This document shows, piece by piece, positions 10,039-18,143 of a stretch of 64,000 nt of DNA (within the stretch, counting starts at the first letter, position 1; every line of letters starts with the position of its first letter). The position numbers and the translations under genes were made by a program. Source of the stretch: Dehalococcoidia bacterium (GTDB lineage Bacteria; Chloroflexota; Dehalococcoidia; Lucifugimonadales; Australimonadaceae); contig CAUZFB010000001.1 of the NCBI GenBank assembly GCA_963579135.1, positions 51,548 through 115,547 of the forward strand, in the 5' to 3' direction. The notes beneath the pieces were generated by a model. The model saw only the letters and a list, made by a program, of their open reading frames with translations, was not told the DNA's origin and did not search any database.

Positions 10039-10671
10039 ATGATCTACGATCTGCGCACGTACACGCTCAAGCCTCGATCGGTCCCGGCGGTCCTCAAGCT
10101 GTTTGAGGAGGCGATACCGACCCGAGAGAAGTACTCGCGGTTGGGCGCGTTCTTCCACACGGAGATCGGACCACTGAACCAGATCGTCCACATCTGGCCG
10201 TACGAAGACGCCAGCGAGATGCAGCGGGTGCGTGGAGAGGCATCGGCCGATCCCAGCGGGATGTGGCCGCCAAAGGGCCTGACGCCCCACATGGCGATCC
10301 AGTCTTCAGAGCTGATCCAGCCTGCGCCGTTCATGGAGGATTGGACGGGCCCGCAGAAGTTGGGCGAGCTATACGAGCTACGCATCTACGACCTAGTGCC
10401 AGGGACGCGCGGCGAGGTTCTGAAGGCCTGGTCGTCGAAGATAGACGGCCGCAGGGAGTACTCGCCACTGGCGGGTTGCTGGCTGAGCGCGGGCGTCGGT
10501 GGTCTAGGCAACAAGCTCTACCACCTCTGGGCGTACGACAACTTCGAGCACCGCGCTCGGGTGCGCGCAGAAACGACTGCTGCGGGCGTATGGCCTTCTG
10601 ACGACGGGAGCAACTACCTGAGACAGGAGAACAAGCTGCTGGTTCCTGCTAGCTTTTCGCCATTGCACTAG
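10039..10671 (+). CDS. NIPSNAP family protein (two NIPSNAP repeats)
   Basis: MIYDLRTYTLKP...IVHIWPYEDASEM and a second copy YELRIYDLVPG...LYHLWAYDNFEHR. Confidence 0.7.
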   Translation: MIYDLRTYTLKPRSVPAVLKLFEEAIPTREKYSRLGAFFHTEIGPLNQIVHIWPYEDASEMQRVRGEASADPSGMWPPKGLTPHMAIQSSELIQPAPFMEDWTGPQKLGELYELRIYDLVPGTRGEVLKAWSSKIDGRREYSPLAGCWLSAGVGGLGNKLYHLWAYDNFEHRARVRAETTAAGVWPSDDGSNYLRQENKLLVPASFSPLH

Positions 10672-10778
10672 AGCCCTTACGTCAGAACACCGGGGGCACC
10701 AACGTTAGACCCTCGGCCTCAACCAGCCGCCGGAGAGTACCTATCAGTACCGAGTCCGAAACAGCCAAACCGGGAGCA

Positions 10779-12020
10779 GTGCCTCCGTCCACACGAGGGT
10801 TCGCGAGAACTTTCGAGGCGTTGCACTACCGGGATTTCCGGTTCCTGTTCTTCGCGCAACTGACGAACGCCGCGGCGCAGTGGATGCAGATGATCGGATT
10901 GCCGATCTTGGTGCTGGCGGTGACGGAGAGTCCGGCGCACCTGGGCATGGTGATGATTTCGCGAACCCTACCCGCGATGGTGCTGGGGTTGGTGTCGGGC
11001 GTAGTGGCGGATACGTGGGACCGACGCACGATTCTGATCACGACGCGGATCGTCGGAACTGCGCTAGCGACGTGGTTCGCGATCATCAATGTGGCAACCT
11101 CGGTGTCGCTGACGGAGATCTACGTGTTCGCTGTGCTGCGGGGGGTGACGATGGCGTTCGATCAGGCGCCGCGCCGGGCGTTGATCCCGAGCATGGTGCC
11201 GCCGCACGTGGTGATGAACGCGATGGCGTTGTCGACGGGCGGGATGCAGGTGATGAGGATGATGGCGGCCGCGGTGGCGGGGACCTTGATAGCGGTGTGG
11301 GGAATCGAGGCTGCGTTCGTGGCGCTGGCGATCCTGTACTTTTCAGGCGTGCCACTGCTGCTGGCAATGCGAACACGGACTCACGAGCGGGCCGGATACC
11401 GCGGGATCCGCCAGATGGTTCGCGATGCGAAGAATGGAGTCGGGTTCGCGGTGACTACACCTGCGATGCGGGCGTCACTGATCATTGCGGCGTTCTTCTT
11501 CGTGTTCGGCATGTCGTTCTCAAACGTGTTCGCGCCGTTGTTGGCAGATGGGCCGCTAGGGCTGACCGAGGGTGGCCTAGGTTGGATGGTGGCGGTGATG
11601 GGGATCGGAGGGACGGCAGGGACGATCACGGTGGCGTACCTGAGTCCGTCACATCATCGAGGGATGGTGCTGATCGTGGCGCTGGGCGTGTTCGGGCTGC
11701 TACTGGCGGCGATGGCTGGCGCGACCTACTTACCGATGGCGTGGGCGGCATTCGTGGTGATTTTTTTCGTGGGGACGGGGCAGTCAGTGTTCATGCCGCT
11801 GCTGAGTACGATCGTGCTGCAGGCTGCTCCGGACCACATGCGGGGCCGGGCGATGGCGATCCTGGGTTGGGATCGTGCGCTGGTGTCTTTCGGGACGGTG
11901 ATCGCCGGGTTCGGGGCGGCGGCGTTCGGGGCACAGGTCACTCTGCTAGGTTTCGGTAGCGCATGCGTTATCGGGGCCCTACTCCTGGTGTCGTCTGGCA
12001 CGCTGCGCAAGATCGACTAG
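10779..12020 (+). CDS. MFS transporter (EntS/MFS_3-like)
   Basis: 413 aa, about 12 hydrophobic segments, and a GVVADTWDRR motif between TM2 and TM3. Confidence 0.8.
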   Translation: MPPSTRGFARTFEALHYRDFRFLFFAQLTNAAAQWMQMIGLPILVLAVTESPAHLGMVMISRTLPAMVLGLVSGVVADTWDRRTILITTRIVGTALATWFAIINVATSVSLTEIYVFAVLRGVTMAFDQAPRRALIPSMVPPHVVMNAMALSTGGMQVMRMMAAAVAGTLIAVWGIEAAFVALAILYFSGVPLLLAMRTRTHERAGYRGIRQMVRDAKNGVGFAVTTPAMRASLIIAAFFFVFGMSFSNVFAPLLADGPLGLTEGGLGWMVAVMGIGGTAGTITVAYLSPSHHRGMVLIVALGVFGLLLAAMAGATYLPMAWAAFVVIFFVGTGQSVFMPLLSTIVLQAAPDHMRGRAMAILGWDRALVSFGTVIAGFGAAAFGAQVTLLGFGSACVIGALLLVSSGTLRKID

Positions 12021-13726
12021 AGCTCGTCTTCAGAGAGGGCGGCGGCGATAGCCGCAGGGAGGTCGCCGTTGGGGACTTGGGAGGACTCGTCGTCGCGGCG
12101 ACGCTTGACCTCAACAACGCCGTTCTTGAGGTTGCGGGGGCTGATGACAACGCGCACGGGCAGCCCTAGCAGATCCACGTCGTTGAATTTCACGCCTGCG
12201 GATTCACCTGGACGGTCGTCGTAGAGCACGTCGTAGCCGAGCTCCAGGAGCAGGGCGTAGGTTTCATCTGCGGCAGCGGAAACTTCCTCTTTGTCGGCGT
12301 TCAGGGCGACAAGGTGCACCTGGAACGGAGCGATGGGCACCGGGTAGAGGATGCCTTTGTCGTCATGGTTCTGCTCTATAGCGGCGGCGAGCACGCGGGT
12401 GACGCCGATGCCGTAGCAGCCCATAACCATGGGTTTGAGCTTCCCCTCATCGTCCAAGTACTCGCCGCCGAAGGTGCGGGTGAAGAACGTACCGAGCTTG
12501 AAGACGTGTCCCACCTCGATGCCGCGTACCTCGCCGAGGGCTTCGCCGCAGTGAGGACAGCCGTCGCCGGCCTTGGACGTACCGACCTCGGCGATGGTGT
12601 CGACCTCGAAGTCGCGGGGGTAGTTGACGTTCTTGTAGTGCCTTTCGTCCTGATTGGCACCTGCGACGAAGTTGTTCCCCTGCTGGATGGATCGGTCACC
12701 GATGCGCTTGATGTCGGTAAGCCCGATGGGAGATGTGGAGCCGACGGTGAGGCCAGCGGCGACGGCCTCCTGGGCGGTGGCGAGCCGGAGCTCGCGGACG
12801 TCGAGCAGGTTCTTGAGCTTGACCTCATTGACCTCGATGTCGCCCCGGATAGTCACGAGGACAACCTCGTTGTCCGCGGCGTAGAAGACTGCTTTCAGGG
12901 CCTGGGCTTCGGTGATGCCCATGCTGTCGACGAGGTCGGCGATGGTCTTGGCGCCGGGGGTGTCGAACAGCGTCAGTTCTTGAGGGGAGCTTTCGGGCGC
13001 GGCCGGGATGACGGACGTCCCGCGCTCGGCGTTGGCCGCGTAGTCGCCGGTGGGACATACGAGGACGGTGTCCTCGCCTGACTCGGCGGGCATAATGAAT
13101 TCGTGCGAGTCCTTGCCACCAATGGCACCGGAGTCGGCTTCGACTTCAAGGGTGGGAAGGCCGCAGCGCTTGAAGATGTTGCGGTAGGCAACACGCATGC
13201 GTTGGTAGGTGACGTCGAGGGATTCCTGGTCCGTGTCGAAGGAGTAGGCGTCCTTCATGGTGAATTCGCGTCCGCGCAGGAGTCCTGCTCGGGGACGAGG
13301 TTCGTCCCTGAATTTGGTTTGAATCTGGTAGAGAAGGAGGGGGAGATCCCGGTAGCTTTCGACATTGCTCTTGGCGATGAGGGTGATGATTTCTTCGTGG
13401 GTGGGGGCGATGACCATTTCGCGTTTGCGGCGGTCGAAGACGTGGAACATGTTGTCGCCGAATGCGATGTCACGTCCAGACTGCTGCCAGGTTTCGATGG
13501 GCTGAAGGGCGGGCATGAGGACTTCCTGCCCACCTGCGGCGTCAATCTCTTCGCGAATGATGGCCTCAATCTTTTGGATGGACCGGAGGGCGAGGGGCAG
13601 GTAGGAGTAGATCCCTGCGCCGACTTGCATCATCATCCCGGCGCGGAGCATGAGGCGGTGGCTGGCGGATTCTGCTTCGCCGGGGTCTTGTCTAAGGGTT
13701 TTGGCTAGGGAGCGAGATACGCGCAA
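12017..13726 (-). CDS. proS: proline--tRNA ligase (bacterial type with INS editing domain)
   Basis: 569 aa with class II motifs (FRDEPRPRAGLLRGREFTMKDAYSF; GCYGIGVTR). TTG start. Confidence 0.95.
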   Translation of the reverse strand: MRVSRSLAKTLRQDPGEAESASHRLMLRAGMMMQVGAGIYSYLPLALRSIQKIEAIIREEIDAAGGQEVLMPALQPIETWQQSGRDIAFGDNMFHVFDRRKREMVIAPTHEEIITLIAKSNVESYRDLPLLLYQIQTKFRDEPRPRAGLLRGREFTMKDAYSFDTDQESLDVTYQRMRVAYRNIFKRCGLPTLEVEADSGAIGGKDSHEFIMPAESGEDTVLVCPTGDYAANAERGTSVIPAAPESSPQELTLFDTPGAKTIADLVDSMGITEAQALKAVFYAADNEVVLVTIRGDIEVNEVKLKNLLDVRELRLATAQEAVAAGLTVGSTSPIGLTDIKRIGDRSIQQGNNFVAGANQDERHYKNVNYPRDFEVDTIAEVGTSKAGDGCPHCGEALGEVRGIEVGHVFKLGTFFTRTFGGEYLDDEGKLKPMVMGCYGIGVTRVLAAAIEQNHDDKGILYPVPIAPFQVHLVALNADKEEVSAAADETYALLLELGYDVLYDDRPGESAGVKFNDVDLLGLPVRVVISPRNLKNGVVEVKRRRDDESSQVPNGDLPAAIAAALSEDEL

Positions 13727-13987
13727 ATTGGTGCCTTTTTCAGTCGGAGAGTGCGGTCAGGATATCTCAAGGGCACGGCCCTTGACCCAGCGGCTTGCCC
13801 CAAGACGACATCGAGCAAGCCTGGAACTATCGCTGGCCTTGGCGCTGCGCTCAGAGAATAGCTGGGCGAGGCCCCACAGGGGGCATGGGATTGACTCTCG
13901 CAGAAAGCGGGAATAACTTTGCCACGACTTCGCTTCGTCGGGCGGTATGCCTGAGTGGGCGTTGATCTAAGCAGGAGGAGGGCAGCA

Positions 13988-15163
13988 ATGACGACGAGTT
14001 TCGATCCAGATACCGCTCCAGTTTTCGAGCGGATCGATACATACGAAGAGTGGCAGAAGGACGAGGGAGTGAAGCTCCACGGTGGCCTTTACGTTAAGAA
14101 TCTCTTCACGCTGGAGCTCGAACACTGGGCGCGCATGGGTTGCGACGGTGCGGTGGTTTACTTGGATGGCGACGAGGAGACCAATGAGCACGTGATCGAG
14201 GTTGGGCCGGGGGGCAAGACGAACCCGGTGCACCACATGTTCAACGAGGTCATCTACGTACTAAGCGGTCGTGGTGCGACGTCGGTCTGGTACGACGAGG
14301 ACAAGAAGCAAACGTTCGAGTGGGCAGCGGGAGCGTACTTCTCGATCCCGATGAACGCTTGGTACCAGCACTTCAACGGTAGTGGCGCAGAGCCAACCAG
14401 GATGGTCTCAGTGACGAACATGCCAGGGATGATCCGCAAGTTCATCACTCCTGATTTCATCTGGAACAACCCGTATGTCTTCGACGACCGCATGAATGCT
14501 GACGAGGGTTGGGCCTCGGGTTCCGGTCAGATGTACAAGGGTCGCGTTTGGGAGACGAACTTCCTGCCCGACGCTGCGAACATGCCGATGCCGAACTGGG
14601 GTGAGCGCGGCGCAGGCGGCACGAACATCATGCTGTCGTTGTCGGACAACACGGTGTCGTCGCACATCTCGGAGTTCCCCATCGGTACGTACAAAAAAGC
14701 GCACCGACACGGGCCTGGGGCGCACCTGCTGATTACCGGCGGCGAGGGTTTCGCGCTAGTGTGGAAGAATGAGGATATGTCGGACATGGTGAAGGCAGAT
14801 TGGCAGGCCGGGAGTCTGTATCTGCCGACGCAGGACGCGGAGAACGAGTATTTCCACCAGCACTTCAACGTAGGCACGACACCTGCGCGGTACATCAACA
14901 TGGCGCCTTCGAACTCACGCAAGTACACGTACAAGCGAGGGATTAACGACCCCGGCAAACAGGCCGAGGTGCGCGCGATGGTGAGCATCAAGGAGGGCGG
15001 CATCCAGATGGAGTACGAGGATGAGCCGAGGCGCATCCACGAGATCTTCGAGGCGGAGCTGGCGGCGCACGGCCAGGAGTGCCGGATGAAGAATCTGGTG
15101 CCGTGGTGCACTGGCGTGGCGGGTCCTGAGAACAAAAAAGGGTCGCTGAAGGGTTACGCATAG
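13988..15163 (+). CDS. bicupin-domain protein (function unknown)
   Basis: Two cupin-like halves (..HHMFNEVIYVLSGRG.. and ..HRHGPGAHLLITGGEG..). GGAGGAGG before the ATG at 13988. Confidence 0.6.
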   Translation: MTTSFDPDTAPVFERIDTYEEWQKDEGVKLHGGLYVKNLFTLELEHWARMGCDGAVVYLDGDEETNEHVIEVGPGGKTNPVHHMFNEVIYVLSGRGATSVWYDEDKKQTFEWAAGAYFSIPMNAWYQHFNGSGAEPTRMVSVTNMPGMIRKFITPDFIWNNPYVFDDRMNADEGWASGSGQMYKGRVWETNFLPDAANMPMPNWGERGAGGTNIMLSLSDNTVSSHISEFPIGTYKKAHRHGPGAHLLITGGEGFALVWKNEDMSDMVKADWQAGSLYLPTQDAENEYFHQHFNVGTTPARYINMAPSNSRKYTYKRGINDPGKQAEVRAMVSIKEGGIQMEYEDEPRRIHEIFEAELAAHGQECRMKNLVPWCTGVAGPENKKGSLKGYA

Positions 15164-15295
15164 GGATTGTCTAGGGGAGCGGCCTTCTGCCGTTTACGGA
15201 TGGGGGGGGGGCGCGGGATTGTTCCCTCCTCGCCAGGGCCCCATTCGTCGTTTGCACAGGGCGAACGCGAAGGGGCGCACACGAGTCATGAAACA

Positions 15296-15331
15296 AACGC
15301 CCGCCGTATACAGCGGCGGGCGTTTTGTGTT
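15296..15331 (+). terminator. rho-independent terminator after the bicupin gene
   Basis: AACGCCCGCCG-(7 nt loop)-CGGCGGGCGTT followed by TTGTGTT. Confidence 0.6.
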
Positions 15332-15454
15332 GGTGCGGCTAGCGAGCGCCGTTCCCTCCTACACTGCGGGCCACGAAAGCGGCCTCATGGAAGCATTGGT
15401 TCAACTGAGAATCCCCAGGCGAAGGGTGCCAAGAGATGCATCGTGAGGAGCGAC

Positions 15455-15906
15455 ATGGAACTGATCAATAGCTTCCTGGTACCAAAGGCAACGGGCAAGG
15501 CGTTCTTGGTCAAAGCCGGACAAGTACTGCGGTTGACCCAACCCGAGGGGCCGCAGGTCATCTACTTCGACGCGTTCAGTCTCGAAGACCCTCGTGAGTA
15601 CCTGCTGACGTCAGCGACGCGACGGTACGAGAGCATCCACGTGACTGAAGGGCACCGATTGTGGAGTGGGGGATTGCGGAGTTCAGTTTGGGCCTTGAGC
15701 GCGTCCATGACCCATTCAACGTGTTCATGCGCACGGGGATGGACGCCAACGGCAAGATGATTTGGGAAGATCCCTTTGATGTGAAGCCCGGCGATTACAT
15801 AGATTTGCGTGCTGAGTTCGACGTGATAGCCGCTGGTTCAGCGTGCCACGGCCTATCGAGCGGACCGGGCGAGTGCCCGTTTGGTGTCGAGATCTACCAG
15901 GTCTAA
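15455..15906 (+). pseudogene. DUF1989-like (urea-carboxylase-associated family) gene with an internal deletion and frameshift
   Basis: The N-terminal frame (MELINSFLVPKATGKAFLVKAGQVLRLTQPEGPQV...GHRLWS) switches near 15665 to another frame (..FSLGLERVHDPFNVFMRTGMDANGKM...PGDYIDLRAEFDVIAAGSACH). The combined length is about 150 aa, short for the family. Confidence 0.55.
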
Positions 15907-16086
15907 CGACCCTCTGAGATCCACGCCGAAGTCTCTGAAGCATGCCGCAGGGAAGTCAAGCAACCTCCCCCTGCGCCCTGGTGCCCCGAAACGACCATAG
16001 GTTGTGCCCACCCACCCGGATACCCCGTGTCCCTGCCTGCGCAGTGCGAACGAGGGACACGCAATTCGACAGACGAATGACCTGCG

Positions 16087-16941
16087 CTAGCGAGCGGTTA
16101 TGAGGCGGTCGATGGGGATGGCGGGCTTGCTAAGGGCGGCGGCAGAGCTGGCAATGACGGTTTCGAAGTCTGCAGGGTCGAGACGTGCGGTGAAGCGGCT
16201 GTTGAGCGCTTCTACCGCGCGGTGGGCGCGGGCGGGAGTGACGTTCCACGTTGAGGCAATGAAATCGAGGACCTGGGGACGGGCTTCGTCGATCCAAGTG
16301 GCGACCTGGCGATGGGAGGAGATCATCGCGTCGAGGAGCTCAGGGCGTTCGGCGATGGTGCGCTCGGTGACGATGAGTCCGTGGACGAGGGTGTTGGGGT
16401 AGGCCTCGCAGAGGTCGACGAGGGTGTGGTAGCCCTTGGCTTCGAGCACTTCCTGTTCCAGGGTGCGAGCGATGACGGCGTCTTCTTCGGGGTCAGGGCC
16501 GTCTTCTTTCCAGCCGGGGTGCGCTCGTTGGTAGACGAGCTCGACATCGGCTTGGGGGTCGAGGCCGTTGGCCGTTAGCCACTTCTGAACCATGGCATCG
16601 GGCTCGCTGCCGGGTTGGGCGGCTTGGACTTTGCGGCCCCTCAGATCAACGGGGCTATTGATGGTGTCGTTGACCATGAGCCAGTGGGGAGCGTTGCGAT
16701 GGACGAGCAGCGCTACGCGCACGGGGGCGTCGTCTTGCATGATTGCGCGCACGGCAGCGCCGATGGAGACGACGAAGTCGAGGTCACCTGCGACCAGGGC
16801 GTCAATGCTTTCTTTGCCAGCGAGGGTGTCGAAGGATGAGGTGAGGCTGTTGTCGGCGTAGATGGCTGCGTGGTCGGCGAGGAGGAAGTCGAGCATGTTG
16901 ATGGTTCGGTTGATGATGCCGATGCGGACAGGGGTTGTCAT
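16087..16941 (-). CDS. NMT1/THI5-like periplasmic-binding-protein-fold protein, no signal peptide seen
   Basis: 284 aa with an SBP-like pattern (DLDFVVSIGAAV..., DLRGRKV...). Starts MTTPVRIGII with no hydrophobic leader. Confidence 0.55.
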   Translation of the reverse strand: MTTPVRIGIINRTINMLDFLLADHAAIYADNSLTSSFDTLAGKESIDALVAGDLDFVVSIGAAVRAIMQDDAPVRVALLVHRNAPHWLMVNDTINSPVDLRGRKVQAAQPGSEPDAMVQKWLTANGLDPQADVELVYQRAHPGWKEDGPDPEEDAVIARTLEQEVLEAKGYHTLVDLCEAYPNTLVHGLIVTERTIAERPELLDAMISSHRQVATWIDEARPQVLDFIASTWNVTPARAHRAVEALNSRFTARLDPADFETVIASSAAALSKPAIPIDRLITAR

Positions 16942-17069
16942 GGGGAGGGGCTCCGACGGGAGGAGTTGGGGTTGCGAAGGGATTCTACGGTAGCTGGAGG
17001 CAGCGCTGTCGGGGGGGAGTTACGAAACGCCCGCCACACACAGTGACGGGCATTTTATGTTGGGCGTGG

Positions 17070-17155
17070 GCGAGGGTGAGAGGTCACTGCGGGTACCTTG
17101 GGACAGGCTCTTCGACTACGCTTCGATGCGCTCAGGAAACAAAGGAGCGGGGGGC
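17070..17155 (+). repeat. copy E of the dispersed mosaic repeat family (Y module)
   Basis: GGGTGAGAGGTC...GCTCTTCGACTACGCTTCGATGCGCTCAGGAAACAAAGGAGCGGGG aligns with copy B (39680-39755). Confidence 0.55.
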
Positions 17156-17160
17156 GACGG

Positions 17161-17988
17161 CTAGACGTCGTCGCCCATGTCATGGTCGGTATGGTTAAGG
17201 GCGCCTTGCTTCCAGTATCCCTGGGTGCGGATGAGGGAGCGGTGGAGGTTGCGGTCCTCGAGGAGGTGCTTGCGGATCTCGCGCATGATTGACGCTTCGG
17301 CGCTGACCCATACGCGGCCGTCGCCTTCTGGGATGTCGGCATGGCGGATGGCGTGGGCGAGGAGGCGACCGGGGAGATCGTGGTCGTTGCCTCGGTGGAG
17401 CCAGGTGATATGGGTTCGCGCGGGGCTGGTGAGCTCCTGCTCTTCTGCAGCGTTAAGGACCTCGATGTATACGTGGGCCTGGATGGTGGCGGGTAGCGCC
17501 TCCAGCAGGGTGGCTATCGCTGGCAGCGCGGCTTCGTCGCCAAGGATGACGTACCAGTCGGCGCTGGGCTCGGGGAAGTAGGTACCGGAGGGTTGTCCGC
17601 CGACGACGGCAGTGTCACCAGCCTTGGCGGCGACGGCCCAAAGCGAGGCGGGGCCTTCACCGTGAATGACGAAGTCGACGTCTAGCTCATTGGTGTCGGC
17701 GTCCCAGCGGCGGGGGGTGTAGGCGCGGCTCTTGGGGCGCTCGACGTCCTCGGGGAATTCGAGGCCGTCAGGCCCAGGAACAGGGAGCGTGAACACGCCA
17801 GTTTCCTCGTGTGGGAGGTAGATGCGCACGTGTTCTGCTGGGCCCTTGCTGAAAAAGCCGGTCATGTTTTCACCACCGAAGGTAACGCGGATCATGTGGG
17901 GCGTGAGTTGGCTAACCCGCACGACCTCGGCGATTCGGGGCGAGGGACGCTTGCGGCGAGGCGCGGCGGATTCGGACAATGTGGTCAC
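17161..17988 (-). CDS. siderophore-interacting FAD-binding protein (SIP/ViuB family)
   Basis: RAYTPRRWD FAD-binding motif and a C-terminal ..QGYWKQG.. pattern, 275 aa. Confidence 0.8.
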   Translation of the reverse strand: MTTLSESAAPRRKRPSPRIAEVVRVSQLTPHMIRVTFGGENMTGFFSKGPAEHVRIYLPHEETGVFTLPVPGPDGLEFPEDVERPKSRAYTPRRWDADTNELDVDFVIHGEGPASLWAVAAKAGDTAVVGGQPSGTYFPEPSADWYVILGDEAALPAIATLLEALPATIQAHVYIEVLNAAEEQELTSPARTHITWLHRGNDHDLPGRLLAHAIRHADIPEGDGRVWVSAEASIMREIRKHLLEDRNLHRSLIRTQGYWKQGALNHTDHDMGDDV

Positions 17989-18143
17989 TGGAGATACCTC
18001 AGCGGCAGTGTTAGTTCCTGGTTATGATAACCGGACAAGCCTTTAATTGACCTGGCCTTAGGTTGAGGGGCGGGGTTGAAGGCTAACGTTTTCGACTTTG
18101 GCCCGTTACTGCTGTCGAGTCGAGCAGTTATGTTTGAGGAGCT

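Noticed and set aside
13727-13987. Possible T-box leader upstream of proS, as occurs in some Gram-positives.
   Set aside because: No GGTGGTACCGCG-type T-box sequence, no specifier-loop architecture and no terminator on the minus strand. Only a partial repeat-family fragment is present.
16942-17160. TPP riboswitch upstream of the NMT1/THI5-like gene.
   Set aside because: No CTGAGA...ACCTGATCTGGATAATGCCAGCG-like core on the minus strand. The spacer is occupied by repeat copy E and a hairpin.
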